Below are positions 13,854 to 28,164 of a stretch of 64,000 nucleotides of DNA, piece by piece. Where the stretch lies: contig NC_087436.1 in assembly GCF_036321535.1 (NCBI RefSeq), forward strand, positions 17,980,001 through 18,044,000. The letters run 5' to 3'. The first letter of the stretch is position 1. The number at the start of each line of letters is the position of its first letter. The DNA is from Camelus dromedarius (lineage: Eukaryota). Position numbers and translations under genes: made by a program. The notes below the pieces were generated by a model that was not told where the DNA came from, ran no database searches, and saw nothing but the letters and a program-made list of their open reading frames with translations.

Positions 13854-13862
13854 ATATATATA
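13823..13862. repeat. Compound (TA)n(TG)n(TA)n microsatellite
   Basis: Directly visible. Confidence 0.9.
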
Positions 13863-16800
13863 GTTATATTTATGGTCATGAGTTCATTCTTAGTCCTCCC
13901 AGATTCTCAGTTGTAATCAGACCAGGTTCCTCTGAAAATTTTACACGTCGTTTAGCAAATCTGAATGCAGTCTTCAACTTACAAAATAAGTTGCATCTCA
14001 AACCTTGGTTCTGTAAGTCCTTTGAAGCGTGTCCTTAAAGATAGTTCCTTAACTAAATAATGTTATTCATAGCGTACAGTTGCATCTTGGGCTGCTAGGA
14101 ATCTGTTTTCACTTCCTCCTAGGAAATAGACTTTGGCTCCCAGGAAGGAAATTCATACCATGACGGAGGCTGTGGACTTTTATGAAGCAGGTACCGCAGG
14201 TGTAGAGCTGCTTCCTGTCTTCCCAAGTCTTGACCTTTGCCGTTGGCTCCGGGTGCTGATCACAAGTGTAGCTGCTGCCACGGAGCTCGCAGGATTTCTG
14301 GCACGCGTGCTGGGGTGGGGCAGGGAGTGGGCGCCCCCTTCCCGGGGCGTGGATTATTTTAAATTTGGGTACCATTTGTAAAGCTTTTATTTCCTGTTAT
14401 TCACTTGAACTTTATGGTGTAAATAAAAGAATACCTACAGTTTTGATGTAGATTAATTCTTACGGATTCAGATAGTTTATTATAATATTGAAAATTATGG
14501 GATATTTTATATACCTGTGAGGCTGCCCCATAGCCATGAGAATTCCTGGACATCCTATTTTCTATACAGTGATGATTCATAGAGTTTTAATAGTCTTTAA
14601 ATGTCCTCTCTGGGTATTCATTATCTTGCTTAATATTACAAAGTAACCAACTAGAATTCTTTCAGAACTGAAATTTAAGCTTTTATTTATGAAAACATTC
14701 CACTTTGTAGGATTTTGTGCTATTTATCAAAAAGTAAAGTGATACTAATCTTTAACTTGCTCCTCTAGATCTAATTCCCCTGAAATCTTTGATATTTAAA
14801 GAGTAATACAAAAATATGACTTACGAATATTTTCATTCCTTTTATAAATTGAGTGCTTGCTTCTAAAAGAGCCAGTGAAACAAATCTGTTAAATGGTATT
14901 ATTAAGTCACTAAACACAGAGTAAATTTTGATCAGTCTTAATATTGCTTAAAATAATGTACAAAGGTAAGTCGTTATTTTAATGAGAGTGAAAAAACAAC
15001 TGTCAGTATTCTTGAAACTGCTTATAAGAGAAATTTATCACTGGGTTATGTTATTAGTGCTATAACTTAGCAGTAAAAACATTTCCTAGTGTAAAAGAAA
15101 AATAGTAAAGCTGTTGCCTTCCCTTACACCTCTGTGAAGTATTACCCCAGTTTCTCTTGAACAAATAACAGGAAATCGTGGTTCCCTTCTGGATGATTGA
15201 CGTTTGTTTCTCAGGAATAGTCTGTGACTCATTGTGGGAAGGGGAGAGTGCCCACACTTGTCTATTTTATCCCGTTCTAATTGCTAAACAAATGCCCTTG
15301 TGTAACTGCTCTTCCCTTATCTCATTTTGGATAAGGTCTGCTGTATTACTGTAATGCCATGATTTGTTTAATTGTTATACTAGGTCTTCAACTTTATGCA
15401 GTTATGACTAATAAGAGTAAACTCTTCTCTCTTTGGAGTCTCATTACTATATTCTGGATCAACTTCAAGAGCTATAGAAGGCACATCGTAAGACCCACTA
15501 CAACAGAATCGTGTGTATTTAAAAAACACTCCAGAAACCCACAGTTAAATATATCCAAGTTAATCAGAGCCTGCAATTGCTAATTTGTATGCAGAATTCC
15601 AGTAGTTAATAGGAAATCAACAAAATAGCGCGTCATTCCAGGGGTGCCCCCGCCCTGCATGTGCTCCCCCGCCCCATACCAGGAAATGTTCTCGGGTTAA
15701 ACATATTAAGGCTCTCATAAAATGTCTATGGTAAGGACTCTAAGGTTCTGAGTGAGGTGGAAATCTTCCATTGAGTTCACTGTAGTCTGTGTATTTTAGA
15801 ATGATTTTAAAACTTGTTTTAAGAAAAGAAGTTTATGAATAATAAGTATTACTATGAAATTTCACAAACCAAATTATCCCATATTTATTACAATCACATT
15901 TTATATTATTCACACATAATATGTTTATTTAAATAAGCCTGTGTTGAAATATATTTCCCCATTTCAGGAGGGGTAAATGGAATTAGAAATTTGTTCAGAG
16001 TTGCTTGATATCCATTGAGCCTTGGAAAGTCTAGATTTTCTTCCTATTAGTTATATGAATGGCACATGGTAATATTAATTTATTAGTTACATAAATTCTT
16101 ATAAAATTTCATAATTAATATTTATAAAATATTAATTTGTTTTTCATATGGTTTGTAATATAAAGTTGGCTTTATTTTATAGCAAATTTAATTCCTCATA
16201 AACTCCTATTTGCTTTTATAATTTTTAATTTTGGAAATAAAATTGAACAGAACTTTTTAGCTTAATTTTAGACCTCAACAAATTATATTCTTATTCTGCA
16301 AACATACAATTGAGAATTCTTCTATCCTCACAAATCCTTTTTCCTACTTTTAACTTCTTACGCTTATCCCTTATAATAATCTTTCCATGTAGTGTGGCTA
16401 TAATTATCTCAATTAGTAAATAGTCTTCTCTGCCCAGAAGATCAACGATGAACTTGGATGCGTACTTGAGAATTGCTTTCCCTTCTATCTCAAATTGGTA
16501 TCTACCATTATTTCCTGTTTCTTCCTTGGAAATACATGTCATTTTTAGGTAACTTTCCTGACTAAACGAGTGTATATCCACCTTTCCAGGACTCCAATAA
16601 ATTATTTACCATTTGTCTCATTGAACACCATCTGTTCTCAACAGCAGTTCCCTTAAAACACTTAGCATATTAGGAAAGTTTATGCTGCTTCTGGTTACCT
16701 GGTTTTTTAAAAGGTGTGTTTTTCTCTACTGCCTATGGATCCTTCTGGCCTGTCTTTTGCTGCCTGTGATGTGGTCTGGGTTGAACACGCCCATCGGCCA

Positions 16801-17384
16801 GGGCAGGCAGGGCTCCAGCGGGCCAGGACAAGCTGGGGGAACTCCCGGGGTGAGGCAGACTTCGGCACCTCACAGTTTATCTGCCCCAACATTGTTATAT
16901 TTCTGCCCCTGAACTTGACCTGGTCAAGGCCAGCCACCTTATCTCCTGCTGTGGAGCTCAACCCTGTGACCACTGTGCAGATGGCTGTGATTCTGTTGAC
17001 TGGTTTCCAATGGCCTCCCTTACTTGTAAGCTTTCCTTGTCATCACTCTGGGCGTCTCTGTGCCCACTGGCTCCGGCAGGCGTGCTTTTTCTGGGTGCGC
17101 CTTGTCAGCCTCCCTTTCTTCTCTTCATGCTTCCCCTGGACTTTCTTGTCCCAGCCCTGTGTCCCTCCTCAGGTGTCCACACTGGCTTCTGAAAGTTGCC
17201 TCCTGTCCTTGTGACCCACCCTGCTGGGATCCCAGCACAAAATCCCCAGAGCCAACTCCTTCTTTTCTGGGTCTTTAAAATGATGTAATCAGTTTGGATA
17301 TATTTTACTAAATTAAGGGGGGAAGAAAGGCCAAGATGCCGTCTTGATTCCTAAACATTATTTTACTGTATTAAAAGGAATGAT

Positions 17385-17477
17385 GGAGGGGAGGGTATAG
17401 CTCAGCGGTAGAGCACCTGCTTAGCATGCATGAGGTCCTGGGTTCAATCCCCAGTACCTCCACTAAAAAAAAAAAAA
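17385..17477 (+). mobile_element. tRNA-derived SINE (camelid Vic-1-like)
   Basis: A box tagctcagcggtag, B box ggttcaatcc, poly(A) tail. Confidence 0.85.
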
Positions 17478-18425
17478 TTGTGTTAGTGACCATATTCTTT
17501 AAACCATGTAGAATTTGCCCAGATATAAATACATATGTGTATACACATCTGTATTATGTTCCCTTTATTTGAAAATCTTATATTTTCTCTCTACCAAAGA
17601 GGACACATAGTATATACACTGTTTCAGACACTAGAAAAGAGAATATTGATATAGGTTTTAAATTTTCAGTTGCAAACAGGTGTTGATAGAGCGTATATGA
17701 AGTGTCCTTGAAATCAAGTTAGGGCACCTGGGAGTCCTAGTTCCGTGGCACTGAGATGAAACACAGCAGATTTAGTAAATCTTCCTTTAGGTATTTCCAT
17801 ATAATAAAATAGAAAGAGGAAGGCCAGGATCCCTCCTATCACTGGTGGTGGTATCAGGTGGCCATCCCTCTGTTTCTCCTCTGGCAGCAGTGGTGGCAGG
17901 AGGACATTTTTGAAGCAAGAAAGATCTAAGTGACCTCTACACTGCTTCTTGCCTTGTTGCTGTTAAACCTGTAGGAACGCCCTTCCTCGACTTCACCATC
18001 TTTCATCACTATTTATAGGCACTCTGAAAAAAATATTTTTCACAAACTCCAGTGAAACTGCTTCTGACCACTAAACAGTGTCATATATGCTTTGATATCT
18101 ATGCCATTTGCCTTGTTTTAAAAATGTTTTTCATCTTTTCTCAGATCTGTTCCAAAGGCAAAAGCCTAACTTAATTTTTTAAACTTTAGAGAAACGCTTC
18201 TGTAATTGCTTTTAAGAATGTCAGGAAAATGATAAAAGTTATTTTGGTGCATTTAGCAGTTGCCTTTCATGAGTACAGCTTTCTGCAACATTGGAAGATA
18301 ATTAAAAATCCAATATTAACATCAGTTGTAAAAGTATGAGTACCTTTTATTTGAAGGGCTACCACACCTCAGTGAAAGCAAGAAAAGATTGGCATATTTA
18401 CTTGAACAAATTCCAAGGGCATTTT

Positions 18426-18463
18426 CACACACACACACACACCCCACACACACCCCACACACA
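18426..18463. repeat. Interrupted (CA)n microsatellite
   Basis: Directly visible. Confidence 0.85.
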
Positions 18464-19099
18464 CTCAGGATTAAACAGTGAAAGTATATATTTAAATCCT
18501 GGTTCAGTACTCTTGGGAGCACATTCTTTAATCTCATGACTCTCATCTCATTTATAAGAGATAGGAGGTACATTGCGTTAACTGAACCTAGACCTTTCTT
18601 TTCGGTTTTTCATGCTTTGAGGAAGGGCTGTTGTAAGCAAGCTTGAGAGAATTTCGTTAAGAGTGGGGAAAATAATTTAAAATTGTTCCCAAAGTTAATC
18701 CATATATTAATATTCCTTTACTTTCCAATAGGGATGTGTCCGCAAGCCTGGCTTCACCACCCCCCTCTCAGCCTGAGAACGTGATTTCCAAACATCAGGG
18801 ATTTTAGTGTATTTTGTTAGCTGATATGTATCAAGGACTTAGAACAATGCCTGGCATATGCTAGGTCCTTGGTAATGCTATTGAGTAAATGAAAAGAGGG
18901 ACAAAAACCTGTTTACTGCTCATAGCACACGACCTATCTGCTTGGAGGGAGATTTGGGGCTAATTCTCCCTTTTCCTTAGCAACAGAGATACGGTGAGGA
19001 AGGAGGTATAAGTGAATAGCTAGAAAACAGGTGGGTCCACTACTGGCAAATATCTAAATGGTCTTGATTTCAAGTTAAATTAAATATTAGAACACTTTT

Positions 19100-19650
19100 T
19101 TAAGGGGCATTAATATTCTTTTTTTTTTTTTTCATTCCAAATTTTTTAAAATGGGATTACAGTCAGTACAATGTGTCAATTTCTGGTGCACAGCACCATG
19201 TCCCAATCATACATACACATGCATGTATTTGTTTTCATATTCTTTTTCATTAAAGGTTATTATAAGATATTGAATATAGTTCCCTGTGCTATAGGGATGA
19301 AACTTGTTTTTATCTATTTTTATATATAGTGGTTAACATTTGCAAATCTCAAACTCCCAAATTTATCCCTTCCCACCCCCTGTTCCCCTGGTAACCATAA
19401 GATTGTTTACTATGTCTGCAAGTCTGTTTCTGTTTTGTAGATGAGTTCATTAATGTCCTCTTTTTTTCCCCCCCATATTTCACATATAAGTGCTATCATA
19501 TGGTATTTTTCTTCCTCTTTCTGGCTTACTTCACTTCGAATGATGATCTCTAGGTCCAACCATGTTGCTGCAAATGGCTTTATTGTGTTATATATACTCA
19601 GTGGAATACTACTCACCCATAAAAAAGAATAAAATAATGCCATTTGCAGA
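19100..19650 (-). mobile_element. 5'-truncated L1 with 5' inversion
   Basis: Minus-strand 3'UTR and ORF2 end (PFAATWLDLEIII..SEVSQKE) to ~19583, then a + oriented piece 'ggaatactactcacccataaaaaagaataaaataatgccatttgcag' at ~19590-19650. Confidence 0.8.
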
Positions 19651-20187
19651 AATACTGAAACACTTCCAATGTCTGCTCTGCAAGGACCAGATAGGCCCAC
19701 ACCTCTGATACTAGTGGTAGCTTTTCTCTCGAAGCAGAAATATGTATGAAAGCAGGGTTGGGGCAGAAGGAAGTGGGACAGAGATGGGAAGAGAGGTATG
19801 AAGAAGCAGAGTATTTGGTAGATTTTTTTCCTTAAGAGTAAAGTGGGGTGCAAGATACTTAGAAAAGATGATAGCTAATTAAATAAATAAATTCTACATT
19901 TTTATGTACCTTTGTGTTGGCCGCACGGAGCTGCACTGAGTCAGCACGTGCGTGCATGCACTCTTAGCTAGCCAAAGACCAGTCTTTCTGCAGCCTTGGG
20001 CTTCCAGTCTTTTCAGAGGAAGGAAATCAAAGAAACAGCCCCAGACTTCAAGCTCTAAGAAAGATAAAGACCCATAGAAAGTACACAGGATTCTGTCATT
20101 GTTCTGTTCATGCTGAGTCAGGAAATGAGCAGATAGTTCTGTTTATTAAATTTTTATTTTTATGTATTTTATAAATATAGGATAAAA

Positions 20188-20578
20188 GATGGATGGACCT
20201 GGAGATTTTCATTCTAAGTGAAATAAACCAGAAAGAGAAAGAAAAATATTATATGATATCACTTATATGTGGAACCTAAAAAAAAAAAAGACAAACGAAC
20301 TTATTTGCAAAACAGAAACAGACTCTCAGACAGAGAACAAATTTATGGTTAGCTGGGGGAAGAGTGGTGGGAGGGGATAAATTAAGAGTCAGAGATTTGC
20401 AGATACTAACTGATAATATATAGAATAGATAAACAAGTTTATACTGTATAGCGCAGGAAACTATATTCGATATCTTGTAGTAAGTTACGGTGAAAAAGAA
20501 TATGGAAACGAATATATGTGTGTACATGCACACCAGAAATTGACACCACATTGTAAACTGACTATACTTCAAGTAAAA

Positions 20579-20630
<52 letters not shown>
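20188..20630 (+). mobile_element. 5'-truncated L1 3' end with poly(A)/(TA)n tail
   Basis: atggatggacctggag...attctaagtgaaataaaccagaaagag...gactatacttcaa followed by A13 and (TA)n. Confidence 0.85.
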
Positions 20631-20633
<3 letters not shown>

Positions 20634-20952
20634 AAAGAATTTTTTTAACTAGCATTTCAGGTAAAAACAGAAGTACTGAAATTGATCAGAAAAAATAAAC
20701 AAAGTATAGAACAACAGTTTTTAAAATAATAGCCAAAATCACCAGAGAATGTGGTAGTGGAAGGGACCGGCGCAGTGTTGGGGGTGGGATAAGCAGTGTT
20801 GAACTTCACCCCGTCCTTCCTTGTGTCACCTTGGAGGCCTGAGACCGTCATCCTTAGCAGGTGCTGTTGCCCACGTCACAGTAGATGATCGTCTTACTGA
20901 CTTAGAAGTGCTGTGCTGTGGTAGACAGGTGAAGCCAGTGGCCAGACGTGTG

Positions 20953-21032
20953 TCAGATGGAACCATAAGAAATTCCTGATTCTGCAGGTCAAAAACAGTC
21001 GGAAAGCATCGTCTTCATATGGCCTAATCCTG
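20953..21032. mobile_element. MADE2-like mariner MITE (~80 bp, degenerate hairpin)
   Basis: gaaccataagaaatt...gcaggtcaaaaacagtcg...ttcatatggcctaa; inverted termini and length fit MADE2. Confidence 0.65.
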
Positions 21033-22608
21033 CAAAGTGTGCTTAAGTGGGAGAGGTGTACAAGGCAGCTCTGTAGGGAACTTCAAGGTGAGCATTGACA
21101 GCTCCTGATGGAACAGTGCGGCATTGATTCCTCCATCCTGAGAGGACGGAGGAGGGGTTGGAAAGGTGCCTCTGAACTACTTTGCAGACTCAGTTATCCA
21201 AACCCACTACCTAGTGGCCTAGGGTTGCTCCTACGTGAAGCCTCTGCCTTTTTTTTTTTCTCCCGAGGAAATTCTTAATGAAAATTACCTGCAGGGCAGA
21301 AGAACACTGCAGAAGATTCTGGCATGTTCGAGTGTCCGTGTGTGATTCTCTTTAGGTATATGGGCACACACACACCTTCTTTTCAGAGCTTACCAGTGGG
21401 GCCGGTCATTAGCCTGAGTAGCATTTTGCCACACTGACAAAACTGTTCTTTGTGGGGACGCCTTCCAACAGGACCCAGATGCAAGTCACACCGCCTTTAA
21501 GCAGAGTAAGGTCAGGGTTACTCTTCCTGTGTGTGGTTATACTGTAGGCTTCTGTGGAGAAAACCCTCATAACTAGAAAAATTTCTTAGTGTTTTGAAAA
21601 GGGCCATTATTTTTTTTCCACCTGTGATAAGCTAATGTGTGAATGGGAAAGATTTATTTTGATAGATGCCTTATAACTTTACTGAAAAACAGAGTATTAA
21701 GCTGACCAGAAAATAGTGATGCTTCACAATTATAGAATTAACCCTAAGAAAATACGTTTATTATTTGGGATTTTTTTTCAGTTTTTTTTCCCCTAACTCT
21801 CAAGTGATACCTCACTGATTATTCAGAAACTGAGATATTAGAAAGGGAATTCATTTGATCCAATTAATCTGAGCATTCCTTGCAACTTTTGATGCCTTGT
21901 TAAGTTGCTGATTTTAATATTTGGAGGAGTGGTAACTGCTCAGAATCAAACACTGAGTAGGTTGAAGTAAACAGGGCGTGGTGTCATGTTTACTGTCCCC
22001 AAGAGTGCTAGGACATTGTCATTAATGTCATTGATTTATAGATTTTGGAGTGAGCATCTCTAAACCTATCACCTGTAAATTCTTGAAATAACGAAGGCTG
22101 TCCCTTTACCCCATGTGGAAAAACTTAGAATGAGGCAGGTAGAAAGTGGCAGTTGAAAAGCCTCTGTGATCTTACGTATGAGCAGCAGTAGTAGCTGAAT
22201 TGAGCTGGCAAACCAGAGGGCAGTAACAGCGGCACTGAAAATTATTATTTCTAGACTGCACGAAAAACAACTCAGGGAAAAAGCTGTTTGGAGTTTTGAC
22301 TCATTAATTAAATGTATAGAGAGAAGCTATATTCTGTTGCTCAGAAAGGCCACGATGAAGCATGTGTTACATCAGCTTCTTGAAAATGTGATAAGCTAAA
22401 AACACACTGAAATCAGTAATTTCTAAATAACTCAGGTTCAAGATCCACAGCTTGGTCCAGCACCCACGAGTGCTCGGTGTCTCATGCCATTGGTCTCAGC
22501 ATCAAAGTCTGCATCTTAACACAAGGATAGTTAATGTTCAGGCAGAACGTAAAATCATGTTTAATATTTATAGTATGTGTCAAAAGCAAAGTCACTGTAA
22601 TTAAAAAC

Positions 22609-22706
22609 ACTCAAGCAAGCATTTTGTGGTAATCTCCTTAAAACCTCCTTTAATACAACTCAAGCAGGTATTTAGACGTAATCTCCTTAAAACATACTTT
22701 ATAAAG
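22609..22706. repeat. Two-copy 49-bp tandem repeat
   Basis: actcaagcaagcattttgtggtaatctccttaaaacctccttta / actcaagcaggtatttagacgtaatctccttaaaacatacttta. Confidence 0.85.
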
Positions 22707-25395
22707 TACTGACCCGCAGATGATGTGATAAGTCCACGATTCCATCCCAGGGGATGCTAAGTAACTAACTTACAATGTGTATAAATAGACTCACACATGC
22801 CAGTGATCGCAGGGGCAAAATAAAATGTGGAGGCTTTTTTTTTTTTTAGCACATACATTTGGTCATTGTATTAGCAACCACTGACCGGCATGTGTGTGCT
22901 CAGTGCATGTTTCTGAAGATGATTTGATGTTAGATCTGTTTAGAGGCTGCATAGGCTCAAATTACCAGGTATTGTTTTATGACAAAGACAACTTGCATGA
23001 ATATGGAAATTTCTTAATAGAGAAGATGAGGAGTGCCTTTCACTTTAATGTGGCTTATATATGCCATCTTACATATGCAGGAAAGACAGCCATCACTCAG
23101 GTCAGCGGTGTCAACGATGACCATGTCCCAGTGGTCAACCTTAAGTCTCAGCCTCTTGGTGGCATTTGACCCTGCTGGTCTCCCATTCCTGATCTCCTCT
23201 CTTTGATTACAAGACTGTGTTGTCTTGCCTTCCTGCCTCTTTGGTCTTTCTTCTTCTTTGATTTTTCTTCCTCTTTGGTTTGCTAGCTAGTTCTTTCCCT
23301 GCCTGACCAGAAATGCTAGTTTTCTGTAGATTGCCACCTATGACTTTCTTTTCTCTTCATTTTACCTTTCGCTCAGGTGAGCTCATCCGTGGTTCCATGA
23401 ATAAAATCTAGAAACCTTGCTCCCTGAGAGCAACCTGCCTTTTAAGTAGGTTTCAGCCTTTCTCTTGTTGAGCATGTTTTCCCTGCTTGCCCTTCTCAGT
23501 GGTCCTTAGTTTCCTCCCAGGTCATCAGACCTTTCTGTGGTCATTGTCTACACTGTACATGTTAAAAACTATAACCGATCACTTTGTGTCCTCTAACGTG
23601 GTAGATCTGTGTACCCATCTCTCTTCATTTTCCGTGTCATGTTTTCAGTTGTCAACCAGATGTTTCAATTCATTGTCTGAGGATCATCTCTAACCACTTA
23701 ATTTTGCCCTTTTCTGCACTTTTAGGATGCAGCTTGTCAAGTTCTGGACCCCAGTGTGTTTGTCCTGGTCTGGACTGCTTTCTTTCCCAGCTCATTTTCA
23801 CACCGCCCCATTCCTCCCTGAAGCTGTCCGTCATCCCGGCAGCAAGTTATTGGGCTCTTTCTGAATTCTGACTCATTTTTAAGCCATGGATGACTCCTAC
23901 CACACAGTGACTTGAATATTTATCGGTCTCCAGGTCTTACCTCCCCTACTCAGCTAAACTCAGTGAAAGTACAAGTGATTTGCCATCTTTGTGTCCTCAG
24001 AAGGACTTCCACATAACCCGTGTTTAGTAAAAATCATTTGATTAAAATGATTCATTAGCAGTACAGCGGCCAATAATTACATCTGACAGTTTTCTTTGTT
24101 TTTCTAGAAAATACATTTTAATCTAGATTTAAGTATTTTTGCCTATTTTCCAAAAAAATAGATTTTGCATATTTTGATCAAATATGTATTTGCCTAACCA
24201 TAGTTTAAGGAGAAAAAGTTACTTGAATGCCCTTCTAGAATATATCCTTATTTTTAAAATGAAATTTTATACACACTAGGGTGGGCGTCAGTTTCTTATG
24301 ATCCAAAATATTCCTACCTTTTTTTTTTCCTTTAATATCTGTCAGGATACTTTCCTGCTGTGCTGAAGCTGTGCTCTCTAGATTATAATTTTAATTCCTT
24401 TATGGGAAAATTGCATTCACTTAAATGAAATTCAGAGTAGAGAAAATACATCTCATTAAACAGAGCCACTCTAAGAAATATTACTAATCGTATAAACTTG
24501 TGAAAACAAACAAAAAAGTAAATTGGAAAAGACTAACCAGCCATCATTGTGCTTTAAATTTTATCTTCCAAGGTAGTTATGTCCCTGAATTTTCTGTGTC
24601 GGGTAACTTTGTCTGTAACTTTATTCATACATCTGAGATTGTAAGCTGTGTACCAATTATTTAATTCCTGTCTGTGGTGCATTATGAACCGTGATTTAAG
24701 AGGATGAATCTTATTTAGTGGTGAATTATCCTCCAAAACATTAATGATTCACTTATCATCAAAGATAATCCCATAAAAGAAAATGTTCCACAAGAATTAC
24801 TCCCAAATAGTCCCCCTAAATAATGGGAAAACTAACATGAGATCCCTCAGGTTAAATATTGTGACTCAGGATGGATGCTTATCAAAACAAAAGGAAATAG
24901 CAAAAAGGTTTTTGGTTTTTTTTATTTTGCATATTTTGTATGTGGATGAAAACAAGGATTTTAGTAAACTAGTCCTTAAAGTCATTGATTTGTTTTTGAA
25001 ACATATCTTTTGTATGTCAAGTGCTCTCCAAATTCTTCCGTTTCTCAGTGTTCTTTATATGAAAGAGTATATATTTGATAAACAATGATTTATCTTAATG
25101 ATCTAATGTGGCTGTTCCCAACCTGCACGCTACAGACATCAGGGGAACCAGAGTTCTTACAAGAGACACCCAAACCCATTTGTACAAGGAACACTGCCTG
25201 TGCAGTAAGCAAACACCACGGCTGCTGGTGTACCACTCTCTTATACTATATTGTTAAAAACCTTTTTTTCTGCTACTAACCTATGTTTATACATGCTTAT
25301 ATAAATTTAAAGCAGTACAGAAAAATGTAATATAGAAAAGTAGAATTATCTATAGTTCCACTCCTATGGCAGTCACTGTTAAGAACTGTAGATCC

Positions 25396-25676
25396 CAAAA
25401 CAGAAACAGACTCAGACATAGTAAACAATCTTATGGTTACCGGGGGAAAGGAGGTGGGAAGGGATAAATTTGGGAGTTTGAGATTTGCACATGTTAGCCA
25501 CTATACATAAAAATGGATTTAAAAAACAAGTTTCTTCTGTAGAGCACAGGGAACTAGATTCAATGTCTTGTAATAACCTTGAATGAAGAAGAATATGAAA
25601 ATGAATATATGCATGTATATGCATGACTGGGACATTGTGCTGTACAATTGTAACTGACTGTACTTCAGTTAAAAAA
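25396..25676 (+). mobile_element. 5'-truncated L1 3'UTR
   Basis: TSD aagaactgtagatcc (25381-25395) / aagaattgtagatcc (25677-25691). Confidence 0.85.
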
Positions 25677-25999
25677 AAGAATTGTAGATCCAGTAGTAAT
25701 ACTGATTATTAATAGCCAGGATTTAAATAGCACTGACTATGTGTCAGACCCTGTGGTAAATGCTCTTAAATATACCAAGTAATTTAACCTGTAAGAACCC
25801 AGTAAGATAGCACTACTGTAATCACTACTTAACAAGTGACAAAACTGGCCCAGAAAGGTTACATACTCCTGATAAATATTGTTCCCAGTTTTTCCTATGG
25901 GTAGATTGTGATTTAATATTATTGCTATTCTACTATTTACAAAAAATAGGAACATAGCATACCAATACTGTTGTACCACTGTTGGGTCCACAACAGACC

Positions 26000-26795
26000 C
26001 CCCCAGACTGCTCTTCCCTCCAATCTGTAAATACAGATAGCACCGCCATCCAGTTTCTCTGTGGGTCCTGTTGGTACTGTCTACTTTTTTAAAAAGGCCA
26101 TTTCTCTCACTGTCTTTACAACTTTAAGCTTAATCCAAGCTATTATCATCTCCTGCCCGGATAATTGCAGGAGCCAACTTGGCTGGTCTCCCCAGTTCCA
26201 ACATCACCCACTCCTGTAGTCCATTCTCCAGACAGCAGCCAAAGTAAGATTTTTAAATGTCACTCAGATCATGTTACCCTTCTGCTTAAATCATCTCAAT
26301 ATTCACATCACTCGTGACGGCACTTAAAATAGCATCCTTCGTCGTTACCATAGCCCTGGAGACCCACGTGGTCCCTCTCTGTCTTCTTCCTGGCCCTCAC
26401 AGCCCACCACCCCTAGCCCCTTCCTCCTCTCAGCCACGTCGCCCTTGTTTCCGTCCCTGGAACGTGTCACGTTCATTCTTGTCTCAGGGACTTTGCACTT
26501 GCTCTTCCCTCTGCTCGGCATCCTCCCACGCCTGGCCGTCTCCCCCGAGCCGACTTCTCAGGCCACCTTTCTAAAGAATCCGAACCCTCCACCATTCCAT
26601 TCAATCTCAGTCTCTGTCATTTTCTTCATAGCATTCATCACTATCTGAATTTATTTCCTTCCTTCTGTATTGTCTTTCTCTCCTAATATGGCAGAAACTC
26701 CCAGAGAATAGGAACTTTCTCTTTCTTATTCAGCTGAGTGCCTAGAACAGTGGGGCCCATGGCGGGCTTCCAATGAACAGTTTAATGAATGATTG
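26000..26795 (+). mobile_element. L2 LINE 3' fragment
   Basis: ccattctccagacagcagcc...tcagggactttgcact..gct...gcctagaacagtg...aatgaatga 3' end. Confidence 0.7.
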
Positions 26796-28164
26796 TGACA
26801 CACCAGCATGTTCGGCTATAAGGCAGTTTCCTGAGGTGGTGTTTATATATTCCTCCAAATTCTCTATGTGCTGGGTAACTGAATGAATGCTTGAATTGAC
26901 TGCATGTGGGGAAAAAACCTTTTCAGTAGCTGGTGGTGATGGTAGAAGTGTGTATCTGATGAAGTGATAGTGCAGAAGGGAGGTTTGTTTCCTTCACATT
27001 GAATTGAGTTTAAGAAATAAGACAAAGTGTTCTTTTCATCTGAAGAATTTCTGGCCACTGAATAGTGGATCAATCACTACTGTATTGTTATATAACTGTT
27101 AGGAAGGTGGGGAAAGACAGTTTTCCATATGGTAATTCCTGGAACAGCATGGCGCCTTATAGATTCTCAGCCAATTTCTCCAGTTATTTTTTGGTTGGTA
27201 AAAATCATGTTTTCTCACACAGCTTCTTACTGCTTCTCCCTAAGCATCCAGCTGTTTTGGGGGAAAAGATAGCCCAGTATGTGTTTTTGATGATTGGTTA
27301 GTATATCTGCCTCCCAGTTGTCACCAAAATCAGCATGAACCTTTGATTAATTTCCTCAATCTCTTCAATGAATCGCTAGAACTATTATATTTGGTGCTGA
27401 AAATAGTTACATCTTACTTGTGTTTCCCTGAGAGAGACACTGGGTTTACAAGTGGAAATACAATGTTCACTCATTTCTGCTTTATAGTATTTTACCATTT
27501 GTAGAAAATCCTATGAACTACCTTTATCTGTTGATTATCAACTTCTTTCTGTGAACAATGTGTCTTTGATTACCAAGACCAAAAATGACCAATTTGGGTC
27601 GTTTTTCCCAACTCGTCAATATTAAAATGTTTTTTAAGAGGTAGAATACCATTATAATGCGTACATTTATGCAGAAATTTTAAGCAAAATCAGCATAGAG
27701 ATAATCATAGATGCGGGAAAGATTTTAAGTGCCATATGATTAGCTATTCTAGGAAAAGTAAGTTTTTACATGTAGATGTTTTTATGCTTGATCAGATCAA
27801 ATAATGGCTATTTACTGTGTGTAATACATTGAATTTAATTTGAGCTTGAAATCCAATTTGACTGAAACTTTCAGTTTCAGAGATAACCACAAGATAGGGT
27901 CTCAATGGAGACTGGAGTTTTCCTGACCCACCCACACTTTGTGGCCTGTCTTCTGTGTCAGTAGTGCATATGCTTGTGGAATAGCTTGCTGAGCTTTTGA
28001 GGATAGTTTGTCTCCTTGGATGTGTTTTGTTTTTTTCTTTTCCCTCTGTGCAAAGCTAAATGAACCGTATAGGAATTGAATCTATAACCTTGGCCTCCTT
28101 CATTTACCTCCTGTAAAATCGCCTTTTGGAAATTTACATTCTACTGTCATGAGATTAAGAGTGT

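Noticed and set aside
14325..14346. CTCF motif (minus strand CGGGAAGGGGGCGC)
   Set aside because: Mismatch at a core C position; too weak to call.
16682..17278. Cluster of overlapping ORFs up to 166 aa
   Set aside because: GC/pyrimidine-rich intron with no recognisable domain; not NR3C2 coding sequence.
17385..17477. tRNA-like sequences here and at 51172, 60472 and 63025 as tRNA genes
   Set aside because: Poly(A) tails, TSDs, no proper acceptor stem and several diverged copies mark them as SINEs.
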